Assembly: GCF_031769215.1 (NCBI RefSeq)
Contig: NW_026782469.1
Location: 62,001 to 126,000, forward strand
DNA: 64,000 bases
From: Ylistrum balloti
Taxonomy: Eukaryota
Direction of reading: 5' to 3'
This document shows, in pieces, positions 52,238 to 64,000 of this stretch. The notes under the pieces are model-generated. The model did no database searches. It worked only from the letters and a program-made list of their open reading frames with translations, and was not told the DNA's origin. Each line of letters starts with the position of its first letter. The first letter of the stretch is position 1. The position numbers were made by a program, and so were the translations under genes.

Positions 52238-53964
52238 ATTTTCTTAACTAGGACAAACATTCTGTGAAAAAAAAATCAGTATATTTTCTGAAACTTTTCA
52301 GAGGAATGATTTCACAAAATTCCGTGTTTTCAATGTAAAAAGATACATATTGGAAGAGAAAATATGTTTCTACACAACTTAATTTTTTTCATTTCTTAAC
52401 AAAACCATCTATCAAAATAATCGAACAGATTGATATATTTTGCTTATATTTTTACTTAGATTAAATGGAACTTAAATCATTTAAACTATTACATCAACCT
52501 TCAAGAACGCTCAAAACTATAGTTCGGTACTGGAAGAAGTTTTTCAATCATACATGAACTCTTACGAAAATACTGGATAAACCATGTAAAAACATGTTAT
52601 TAAGAGACGTGGGTGTTACATTACGTATATATACACTGTATCATAGTGACTTGGCATCCCTACCCACGGTCTATGTACAAGATAGTATAATATATATAAA
52701 GGAGTAATAATTCAAAACTCGTGCCATGTTCCAATGCACTGTAGAATACATGGACTTAACAAACAATGCATTCGGTTGCCGGCCAGGAGACACTGGCGGC
52801 AGTCGTTGGTCACAAATTACATGTATTTTGGGTGAAATAAAACACCTCTGATCGTAACTCGCTAAAAAGGCGTTAGACAAGCCGATGCCCCAACACATAA
52901 CTTGTTTATAGCGCTCACTCTAGGGTGTCATAGTCTCCAGTTACGTTGGGCGCCGTACAATAGGGATCTTTATTTACACCTCCTAATTTGACTTTTATCA
53001 GAGGCGTGTGACAGGGATCTGTATTTGTACAATTTCTTTTCCCGTATTTTTTTTTTCAAATTTGATAAGAAAATGAAATGAAGACGTTAATCGATTTCTT
53101 TAAAATCATTTACATAAGATGAAACAACAGAACATTATATTTTCATCCGTTTAATCATGGTTCTTCCAGATCCTTAGAATTTATTTAAGATCATTTTTAG
53201 ATAGTATTTTGTTACGTATAATACTTCAACTGCTAATTTCCATCTAAGTTCTGCGACGTATTTTTATGTCCCTTTTCTTCACGAACACACACATCAATGC
53301 TGTGCATCATCTCGTGGGTTTTTAAAATTTAGACATGTGCCGGTACACTATACGCATAATAAAAAAAGCCCTTTTCTAATAAAGTTTAGATACGCGTCAT
53401 GCATTTATGCATGAAAGTTAGATTAAAAAAGTAAGTAAATGCCATGCACCAGCTAGTAGTAATTCACAGCGTCGACATCAACATATAATTTTAGTCTGTC
53501 AAATACTGTCACAAAGGACTGTACTGTTTCCGGAAATGTCTTTACAAGGTAAAGGAAACATATTGATAATCGGTCAACACACCAACCTTCTTTTGAAATA
53601 AAAAAAAAAAACATCGATATTTCCAAAGTAGATTATTTTGGGGGAAAAACAGAAGAGTATTCCGAGAAAAAAAATCACGCCGAATTTTAGATATTTTTTT
53701 CATGTCAAGTATTTGATATAGAATTTAACTAGGCAATTTTGGTTTGTCATTTCAGAAATTCAAAATGAAATATTTACCATGGGTGTTAGACAACGAGATT
53801 TTTTGCGTTTGGTGCTAAATGCCACCAAGCGATTTACTCAACTTACCGTTAACCCAGATGGAAATATGGTAACCGTAAACAGAACGCAACTTTTCCTTGC
53901 CACCTAAAAGAGCGGTTACATGTGTATTTCTGGTAACCCATAAACATGCTCGTGCTGTATTAAA

Positions 53965-54705
53965 AGTAAGAAATTCTGAAAGATAGCAAAGTTCCGGAAT
54001 GATCCAGGGTGATATGACATACAGAGAATTGGAGCTCGTTTTAATGTCAGCCATTCTGTTATTTCGCGGTAGATACAGCGTCTGAACTACACCTGGCAAT
54101 TTCACAAGCGTCCCAGTACTGGCAGTCCTCGACAGACTACAGATGGAGACGACAGACTTATGAATAGACAGGCAATGCTAGCCACATTCACCAGGACCAA
54201 CAGACTCAGGGGACAATGTAACATCAATGTTCCCGTCAACGGACATTTGAACAATAGTTTAACTACCAACACTGATGTGGTACGTGATCTCGGGACATGG
54301 AATATTACATGTAGGTCTTAGCGAAGAATCAACAGGTCTTATGAAATCCACCTTAGTACGACAGATGGCAGATTCCGTGTTTAGAGACCAAGCACGCCAT
54401 CACAATCACATTTGGCTACAACCTTTGGTAGTGGCGATGTTACTGTTTGGGGTAGCTTTAAGCTAAACTGTAAGCTTGCGTGTCCCTAATGAAACTTTAA
54501 ATAGACCGACGTACGAAGATCAGATCCTTCGATCTGTAGTTGTGTCTCGTTCCGATGCTCATCCAGCGTTCCCGGATTCATTTTCCTATCGACTGTGTAT
54601 AGTTTCGATAGATGCCTAAAGCAAACCCATATATCCTGTTGAGTTGTCGTTGAATATTTTTCTTAAATACAGCGAACAGATTTAAGCCCAACATAAGTTA
54701 TTGGC
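53965..54705 (+). pseudogene. Tc1-family DDE transposase remnant
   Basis: GMIQGDMTYRE/GARFNVSHSVISR (HTH), RPSTGSPRQTTDGDDR, LSEES (FSDES), DGRFRV, FGSGDVTVWGSF, LNRPTYEDQIL and DLSP (PDLSPIE). Many stops and frameshifts; TIRs not resolved. Confidence 0.85.
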
Positions 54706-54764
54706 GGTGACTAACTTATGGCCAAGTTTTATATTAAAAACCAAGGTGCATTTCATTTCGGATG

Positions 54765-55110
54765 TTTTTATGCACCCGGATCGAAAACTTTGAGCTATTT
54801 TCTTTTAGTGACTGTCTGTTTTTCTGTTGTCAACTTTAACCTTGCCTATAACTATTGCACCGTAAAAGATACGGTTTTAACATCTGGAATGTGTCCCTTT
54901 GTGACAAGACCTTTTCGGTGGTACCATTTTTTTTACCATGTGACCTTGGCCGTAACCTTTGACCTATATTTAAAAAATGTTAAAAATGTAAACGTTGGCG
55001 ATAAGAGGTATGACTTTCATAATTGGCTTGTGTGCTTCTTGTGGCAAGACCTTTCAGATGGTACCAAAATTTGTGATATTGGTACCTTTGACCAACATTT
55101 GAAAGCAGTG
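54765..55110 (+). mobile_element. HINE/Helentron-like element, 5' part with about 2 core repeats
   Basis: Start TTTTATGCACCCGGATCGA..., with GTGACAAGACCTTTC..GGTACCA..GTGACCTTG..CCTTTGACC units about 160 bp apart. Confidence 0.65.
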
Positions 55111-55354
55111 TTAAAGCCCCAATATACGTAACATTCACCAAAAATTTAGTGTAGAATCACACATAATTATTGAGATATTCTCTGAGACGTAGTTAAAATT
55201 AAGTTATTCAAACAATAGTTACCATGACTTTGTGCATAAAGTATTGATATATGAACAGTTGAAACTCGCTATTTGTAAACACACCTCCATTTCAAACACT
55301 CCCCCATCGAAATTACGATTGTTGCCGAACCACGTCGGAAAGTTCATTACCTGA

Positions 55355-55652
55355 TCTCGCGAGAGTTGAGGTTTCTACTTATAGAGGAAGCACATGCAGA
55401 TATGTCTACGGTAAGTTTTTGTTTACAAACATTGTTTGCGAAGTCTTGTCGTAGACTTGAAGAATTTCTGTGATAAACATTCAGTTTTTGGGAAATTATT
55501 AGAAGGAATAATTAGTTTAGAAACGATACGACGCACAATTATAACGTAAGAATTCAGAACTGGCCTGATGTATGATTGGAAAAAAAGGAAGCGACTGTTG
55601 AACGTCTGTACTGTGTCTGCCATGTTTACACACGCGGAATACGCGCATGCGC
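55355..55652. promoter_or_regulatory. CpG-enriched promoter-like segment
   Basis: Palindrome TCTCGCGAGA at 55355-64, NRF1-type GCGCATGCGC at 55643-52, and a plus-strand donor ACG|GTAAGT at 55410. Confidence 0.35.
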
Positions 55653-57309
55653 AATGTCATCGCTACGAGCGGTAATATATGAATTATTGTGGGTCCCACA
55701 TTGTTTATTTTCCAATTTTTTTCAATTTTTATTTAAATTGAAAACAGTCAGTTTTATTTTCTTTAATTAAAGGAAAGTATTTGTTTTGTTACATATATTA
55801 CGGGGAAAATAAGATAAGTTTGTTTTTTATAGTGACTTTTACGTATATTGGGTCTTTAAGGTTTCACTTCAGAATTTTGTTGCAGTTAGGGGCATAGTAT
55901 TTCATAAACACCTTTAATTCTTCTCTTTTTCTACACAGGTATCTAAGACAGACTTAGTGAAATTCCGCATTCCGTATTTTCTGCGTGGTAAAATTTCTCT
56001 GACCGTAAATGTAAGGTTAAAGTTTGAATATATCATTCAAATCTTTGATGATGTTTTAAAATTTCAGAAACTGTTTTAATTCCACTGGATTTACATCTCC
56101 CATATATCAATCTACGTGACAAATTAGTCATCTTAATTGTCAAAAATTACTTAATATTCATTATTTACGACAAGATCATTTGCATTCTTAATGATTGGAT
56201 AGATACAGGATTAAGTAAAATAGGTCGGGATGGCAAGAATTAACGATGATCATATGGTAATAATTTCACTACATTTGCAATCACATGAAACTTTACTTTT
56301 CATTAGTGATTCGTTACTGTGTCCTTAACCAGGAGGTACACATTGGGATTCAAATGGAAACTGTTTCGACGGATGAATAGATTTCATTATAAAAAAGACA
56401 AGTTGTTGTAAACGACGGTATTCACGTGTTCAAATATTCACTAGAAGACTACAATGTAAACATCAAAATGCAGAGTTATGACGTCATATATATATACGAT
56501 GACGTCAAACACTCATGATGAAGTCATATCGTCGGATAATGGTCATTTCAGCAATTCTGTGAGAATTTGTATTTTGGGTGACACGAAAAAAAAATAAGTG
56601 ACGTCATTTATAAATTCCACAACATTTTATATTCTTAATTCATATATTTTCCAAATTATCAACTTATAAGTACAATCCAAATGCATTGTATTTTTTTCAT
56701 TGTAATCTCAAATACCCATCGTCTTCCAAAATTTGATTTCCATCCGTTTCAAATAATTTTAAATTTCTAAATCTTTATCGACCCAAACCAAAAGTGTAAA
56801 TGATCATAAAGTGTACGTACATGAATTATTTCAATCAATTAATTGCATTTATCGGTAATCAAATAAGAGAGACATCAATAATGTCATATCGTTTGTTAAA
56901 AGGTGCATTCAGCGATAAACAATATACCAAACCATTAATAGATATCGCTCACTTGTGTTACAGCAATGTGTAAATATACTTGAGCCAAGAAAGTTAATGT
57001 ATTCGCGCCATGTCAACTATACGTATTCCCCTCTTAGAAAACTTTCTATTGAAAGTTTCGTGTGGACAATTACCAGAGATTGAGGAAAGCGATTTATATA
57101 AACTAAACAACAAATGTCTTCCGTGAATCAAAAACGTTTCTGGAGTAGAATAGGTACGTCATTACGAAGTAAGTATCTCTAAATAGGCCGACCGCTGCGT
57201 TATAGTGACCCTTGGTCTTTAATGGTCATTTCGGACAATCAAGAATCACTATTCAGTTTAATGTCAGTTTGGTCACTCCCCGGGGCAATGTGTGAAAGCC
57301 GCCCCTTAC

Positions 57310-57392
57310 CTGTTCGCGTGTGAGTGTGTCAGTATGAAAAAACACACCTGGCACAAGTAACAGACTTGGCGCACAGATCCGTGACGTTTATG
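57310..57392 (-). promoter_or_regulatory. Candidate non-coding first exon / core promoter of the vWA gene
   Basis: Minus-strand donor CAG|GTAAGG at 57309 and CATAAA at 57392-87, about 25-30 nt upstream of a possible start near 57365. Inference only. Confidence 0.25.
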
Positions 57393-58474
57393 TGTTGTAT
57401 ACGCAAACGTTCTTGACGTTTTAAGTCTTCTGAAATATCATCTGTTTTACAGGTAAATTCATTTTACGATTATTGTACAACACTTTAACAGTGGTTTTAT
57501 GGCAGGATTGTCCAGAAGTGACCATGATAAGTGATTAGGTCCGCACTGACATTGACCAAGGATGACCGCGGGCCTTTGTGACCTTTCAATAAGCACGATA
57601 ACAATAGCTTTAAGCGAATAACACTATCAAAACAAAGATAAATCAATATGGACCCGAACCGTTAATTATCACGTGGACGACCTGTCCAGAAACAAACTGC
57701 TGGCAAAGGCAGCATGTAAATGTTAGTATAGTTGTATTTAATACGAAACCTCCCCCCCCCCCCCCCCCCCCCACCCCCCGAAAAAAAATTGTTTGAAACT
57801 TAAAACGGATGCGAACATAATTGTTACGTCTGGTAAATCATTTAGAGAAAATATATCAATCATTGGCTTGCGAAATGGCCCGAAATGCCGAAATCACAAT
57901 GAAATAATACTCCCCTCCCCCAACCTCCAACCGCTGCCTCTGTCCCCACCCCCAGTCCTAATTATTTCCCTCCACCAATTCTTTATGTGATGGTGATTTA
58001 ATCAAATTCTTTCCACCTTTCCCGAAAAAATGTCTGATATTTTAAACAAATTTGAGATTTCGAATTATCCCCTCACTGCTCTCGCCAAATATTTCTTCTT
58101 CGGCTACTTAGATATGCTTTATTAAAAATCATTTATCAAAATTATAAACCCCTATATTTCAATCGACATTTTAAAAACAAGGCGCGTGACAGTTTCCATA
58201 TGAATTTATATAGAACTTGTAACAGATTGTTTGAAATATATACCTATACTTGGCGGATGTCCAAAAACCAGGTCACAGACTCAAAAACAAATGTCGGCAA
58301 AGACATCACTTGTATTTTATACCTTTACAACACGCTTAAGATTAAATAATATGCACAGCCATATAGTCTTGTTCAATCCCATATGTAATTTCAGACGAGA
58401 GCGAAATAACATAACAATAATTCCTCGCCGGCTTGATTGTATATTATACCCTCTACCATCCCATAGATATGATT

Positions 58475-58712
58475 GGTCCCACAATGGATAGTGCCCTAGC
58501 GGTTCACCAAGAGGGCAGAGGTCCGATTCCCTGTCTGATACGTGGGAAGGTGTTTGGTCGCCTATCCTATCTTCAACAGGTATTGTGTACTGTGGTATAT
58601 AGATATCCAGGCTGTCGAACCCGTCACAGAAATCACAAACAAGTCTTAAAATGTTCTTGATGCTGAAAAAGTGCGGGGCTGATTTACGTGTGTACTGTCA
58701 TGTAAACAAACC
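58475..58712 (+). mobile_element. tRNA-derived SINE, degenerate
   Basis: A-box-like TGGATAGTGC, B-box-like GGTCCGATTCCC, then a GTGGGAAGGT central segment and a GTAAACAAAC tail. Confidence 0.6.
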
Positions 58713-59879
58713 TGGTTCATATATCTAAAACTAATTCCAGTTTTCCAAGAAGACATGTCTATTGCCCCTGACGGAGAGACATGACTGCTTCAAATATTAT
58801 TACAGAATGTATTCCAAAATACAGGAATTAGGGTAGAATATTTAATCAGATATGTTTGAACTTCCTTCCTGGCAATATAATTAAATGCCGTTTGCCTACC
58901 ACCCGCTCCATCCCCTTCCCTACCCCTTCCCTGCCTATATAGTTATGTTACAATTTCGTCACTGCGTCACAGCTCCATCATTTTAAAACATCTATTCGTT
59001 ATATCGTTCCTCCGTTACAACGTCATTGTTTTTTTTTTCATCCAAAACCATTCTTTGATCATAAGTTTATGTCATTAGATGCTACAGATTTTAAAAATAC
59101 GTACTTCTAAAACAGATGTGGTTGTATTGAATTACAAACACTACGTGGTCAGATAAACACGAAATAAATCTGAAATCGTGGCTGAAATCCAATGTCAATA
59201 CAGAGCCAGTGAAATCCTATTAAAAGAAAATGGCCGTAGGAATGACCTTTTTTGTGCCAAAGACATTTACTTATTTTTCAAAAGTCATTCACCTTTACAC
59301 TCGGTTTAACTGCCAATCTGGAAATTTATAACGAAAATCGGATCAGCTGTTGGAAGTTTATCGTCTAAATCTAGACTATATGTATAAGGTCAATCTACAA
59401 ACATATCTTTGTTAGAAAAAAATATCTGTTCATAATAAATCGTCGCCAGTCCTGGTACGATTGTCTATACAGCAATGTACTACAAACGATGTAAGTGTCA
59501 CGTTCACAAGAGATAATATCACGCTGTCCAGCTTAGAATGACACAAATAATTAATCACTTGGTATATGAATATTAGAATAGAGAATGACATGACCTTCTT
59601 TCTTTATTCTGAACTAAAGTATCATAAAATTGTTGGGCAAGACAAGATTTTCTGTTTACAAAGAGTCACCACATGTGGTTCGACGAAAATGGGATTGAGG
59701 CACATCCGGTCTTATACGTGTTTAGGTAGTATTTTAAGACTTCCTCAACCCGCGAAAAAAACAAACAGGTTTTATAAAGAAAAAATCATACTACGTACAT
59801 ACAGACAAGTGATAGGTGTAGAGAGGTGGGAAAAGACATGTTGTTGTAGTTACAGACAAACTATAGTTAAAGACAGTTG

Positions 59880-61850
59880 TAGACAGGTGGAAGTTTTATA
59901 CACATAGTAAGTATAGACTGGTGGTAGTTTAAGACAGGTAGTAGTTTTAGACAGATGGTAGGTAAAGACAGGTGGTAGTTTTAGACACATAGTAAGCATA
60001 TACAGGTGGTAGTTTTAGACAGTAGGTCTAGACAGGTGGTAGTTTTAGACACATAGTAAGTATAGACAGATGGTAGTTTTAGACAGATGGTAGTTTTAGA
60101 CAGATGGTAGTTATATACAGGTGGAAGTTTTAGACAGATGGTAGGTAAAGACAGGTGGTAGTTTTAGACACATAGTAAGCATATACAGGTGGTAGTTTTA
60201 GACAGTAGGTCTAGACAGGTGGAAGTTTTAGACAGATGGTAGGTAAAGACAGGTGGTAGATATAGACAGGTGGTAGTTTTAGACAGATAGTAGGTATAGA
60301 AAGGTGGAAGATTTAGACACATAGTAAGTAAAGACAGGTGGTAGTTTTAGACAGATAGTAGGTCTAGACAGGTGGTAGTGTTAGACAGATGGTAGTTATA
60401 TACAGGTGGACGTTTTAGACATATGTTAGGCATAGACAGGTGTTAGTCTTAAACACGTTGTAAGGATAGACAGCTGGTAGTGTTAGAGAGATTGTAAGTA
60501 TATACATGTGATGGTTTTAGACAGATGGTAGGTATAGACATGTGGTGGTTTTAGACAGATGTTATGTATGGACAGGTGGTAGTTTTAGACAGATGGTAGG
60601 TATAGACAGGAAGTAGTTTTAGACAGATGGTAGGTAAAGACAGGTGGTAGTTTTAGACAGATGGTAAGTATAGACAGATGGTAGTTTTAGACAGATGGTA
60701 GGTAAAGACAGGTGATGGTTTTAGACAGATGGTAGGTATAGACATGTGGTGGTTTTAGACATATGGTAAGCATAGACAGATGGTAGCTTTAGACAGATGG
60801 TAGATTAAGACAGGTGGTATTTTTAGACAGATGTTATGTATAGACAGGTGGTAGTTTTAGACAGATGGTAGGTATAGACCGGAAGTAGTTTTAGACAGAT
60901 GGTAGGTAAAGACAGGTGGTAGTTTTAGACAGATGGTAAGTATAGACAGGTGATAGTCTAAGTCACATTGTATAGACAGATGGTAGTTTTAGACAGATGG
61001 TAGGTAAAGACAGGTGATGGTTTTAGACAGATGGTAGGTATAGACATGTGGTGGTTTTAGACATATGGTAAGCATAGACAGATGGTAGTTTAGACAGATG
61101 GTAGATTAAGACAGGTGGTATTTTTAGACAGATGTTATGTATAGACAGGTGGTAGTTTTAGACAGATGGGAGGTATAGACAGGAAGTAGTTTTAGACAGA
61201 TGGTAGGTATAGACAGGTGATAGTCTAAGCCACATTGTATAGACAGGTGGTAGTTTTAGACAGATGGTAGGTAAAGACAGGTGGTAGGTTTAGACAGATG
61301 GTAAGTATAGACAGGTGATAGTCTAAGTCACATTGTATAGACAGATGGTAGTTTTATTCAGATGGTAGGTAAAGACAGGTGATGGTTTTAGACAGATGGT
61401 AGGTATAGACATGTGGTGGTTTTAGACATATGGTAAGCATAGACAGATGGTAGCTTTAGACAGATGGTAGATTAAGACAGGTGGTATTTTTAGACAGATG
61501 TTATGTATAGACAGGTGGTAGTTTTAGACAGATGGGAGGTATAGACAGGAAGTAGTTTTAGACAGATGGTAGGTATAGACAGGTGATAGTCTAAGCCACA
61601 TTGTATAGACAGGTGGTAGTTTTAGACAGATGGTAGGTAAAGACAGGTGGTAGGTTTAGACAGATGGTAAGTATAGACAGGTGATAGTCTAAGTCACATT
61701 GTATAGACAGGTGGTAGTTTTAGACAGATGGGAGGTATAGACAGGAAGTAGTTTTAGACAGATGGTAGGTATAGACAGGTGATAATTTAAGTCACATTGT
61801 ATAGACAGGTGGTAGTTTTAGACAGATGGGAGGTATAGACAGGTGATACA
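59880..61850. repeat. 17-bp satellite (34-bp dimer) with higher-order repeats, about 2 kb
   Basis: Alternating AGACAGGTGGTAGTTTT and AGACAGATGGTAGGTAT. Degenerate flanks extend to about 59800 and 61960. Confidence 0.95.
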
Positions 61851-63224
61851 CTGCACTTATAGACACGACCTACACAAAACAGATGGTAGTTATGTAGTTA
61901 CAGACAGGTGATAATTAGAAATACCGGTGACAATTATAGAAAGATAGTGGTTATATACCGGTTATATAGAAACAAGGTAACTCTATGAAGGTGATACGTT
62001 GTAGCCAGACAGACGAAAGCTTGAGACGAGAAGTATACACACAGGTGGTGCTTTCTGTATAAACACATGTACAAAATACTATACAATTATCGTGTCGCTC
62101 TTCCGTACCATTGCTTTCGTTTTGTATGAAAATCAGCTGTATGCATCCAGTGGGTTTATGACAAGAATTTTGTAAAAGAAATCCTTTTAAAAAGCAAGAA
62201 AATTACATATCAAAAGTTTAAAACCTTCTTAGTTGCAAATACAAACCACAGTTTTACGATAATAACACATGTGAATAGATTTGCATGTGATTCAATATCA
62301 GAAATGGATTACTTTTCTGAAGATGTCGATTTCTTATCGGGAGACTGATCTCGATTCAGTCGAAAGAGACGAATCCACATAAACTACTGAGAAAGTAAAT
62401 GTAAAGGTAATTTGTGTGTGTGTGGTTTGTGTGGGAGGGGATGTAAACAAAATACTCTAAAATGACGTCCCACCAAATGCAGGAAGTTCAACGCCATTAC
62501 AGGACGTACTTATTGTGTGTTCAACAATTTAAAAAAAAGCAAAAACCATTCAAATAACATTATACTGTTTGTTACTAATAGTGTTTATTTGAGAATAAAA
62601 TGATGACCAAAATAGATTTTTTAAAAAACCTGTCGTAGGGTACAAGTTAATCAACTTTTACTAAGCATCTTAATAACATTTATTTGAACAATGGTGTGAA
62701 ATATTTTCCAATCGTCCCCATTTGCGTTGCAAGAGTTCGGATCGAGAACGCCAAACGCCAACGTCAAACACAGGGGTCTAGATTACAGTCAATCAAACTA
62801 TCCGATCAATCATTTTAGTCTCCTGTTCACCTATCAAAATGAATTAATCTAGTGACTGTGGAGTCAGTTATTCAACACCACGTAAGAATATCGATTATTG
62901 ATATGTAATCAAATAATATTATCAAACCCGATTATATGTCAAATGTCACTGAATGTCAACATACCCGAGGCAGGGAAGATAACAGGTCATACAGATAGTA
63001 CATAGTATCAGTAATTACCAAATTTCAATTAAACATGTGTTCACATTACATTAATAAGCTTGGTATCGTCATAGCCATACAAGTAGACAAAAGGATCTGA
63101 AATGTCAAACTCGAAAGTGGATTGATTGTTGAAGAAAGATGGGTTTTTATACAGTTTAATAAGTATGGCGTTTTGATTGTTTAACACTTAACGTTGCGCT
63201 TTGAATACATAAAGACAATATCTG

Positions 63225-63430
63225 GTATTTTGACAATATGACACACACATGGAACGTGTTTTGACAATTTGACGCACACATGCAACGTGTTTTGACAATT
63301 TGACACACACATGGAACGTGTTTTGACAATTTGACGCACACATGGAACGTGTTTTGGCAATTTGACGCACACATGGAACGTGTTTTGACAATTTGACACA
63401 AATGGAACGTGTTTTGACAATTTAACACCT
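63225..63430. repeat. 31-bp minisatellite, about 6.5 copies
   Basis: TTTTGACAATTTGACRCACACATGGAACGTG. The related 29-bp unit AAATATGGACRGTGCTTTGGCAAATTAAC occurs at about 63630-63710. Confidence 0.92.
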
Positions 63431-64000
63431 ATGGACGATGTTTGACATTTTTAAACATAAGGAAGACACTTTGTCATTTTAACATATATGGACGATGCAT
63501 TGACAGTTTGAAAATAATGATTTAAGAGTTCAACACAGATGGACGGTGATTTGCCGATATAAAACCTACAAATACATATTTGACAATTCAACACATCTAA
63601 ACATAAGCCGATGTCTTGAAAATTAGACAAATATGGACGGTGCTTTGGCAAATTAACAAATATGGACAGTGCTTTGGCAAATTAACAAATATGGACAGTG
63701 CTTGGAAATTTACCTCACATAGGCTTATGTCGTCTATCATGCGTTGCGTTTAAATGAAATACCAGTACTCTCCGATTTCTTTATGACACAGCAATATCCG
63801 AATGCAAACATTGTCAATATTTATTTTGCTCTTGAATTCAATATGAAAAAAGTGTTTGCACGATAATACCTTTTCAACATGTACCACAGTGTACAGTCTT
63901 CCACACTAAAGGACATGGAGATTGTCCCACTTAAAATATACGGTCGTGTCACCATTAAAGAAACGTACAGGATTTTATTCAAAAGACAAAAAAAAAACTC

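Noticed and set aside
54275-55131. ORFs 54275-54466 and 54718-55131
   Set aside because: They are off-frame readings of the Tc1 remnant and the HINE repeat.
58475-58545. tRNA gene
   Set aside because: No cloverleaf; it is a degenerate SINE head.
59880-61850. CRISPR-like regular repeats
   Set aside because: There are no unique spacers; it is a head-to-tail satellite in eukaryotic DNA.

Overview
AT-rich eukaryotic genomic DNA. The repeat repertoire (Helentron/HINE-type elements, Penelope-like Naiad-type RT, DIRS, tRNA-SINE) points to a bivalve mollusc; this is an inference. The only well-supported protein-coding gene is on the minus strand: a multi-exon matrilin/collagen-VI-like protein, probably secreted, with three von Willebrand factor A (vWA) domains. 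Its coding exons run from 37953 down to 10075. I spliced them by eye into one open frame of about 627 aa plus an unresolved leader, including 18-nt and 24-nt linker microexons inside a 21.6-kb gap. The rest is decayed mobile DNA (an internally deleted DIRS element, a Naiad-type PLE fragment, a Tc1 pseudogene, four HINE-like elements, two TA-flanked MITEs, SINEs), a degenerate minimal hammerhead ribozyme, a 2-kb 17-bp satellite with higher-order structure and several small tandem repeats. There are no prokaryotic features, CRISPR arrays, rRNA or intact tRNA. All assignments come from motif recognition by eye; no database searches were run.
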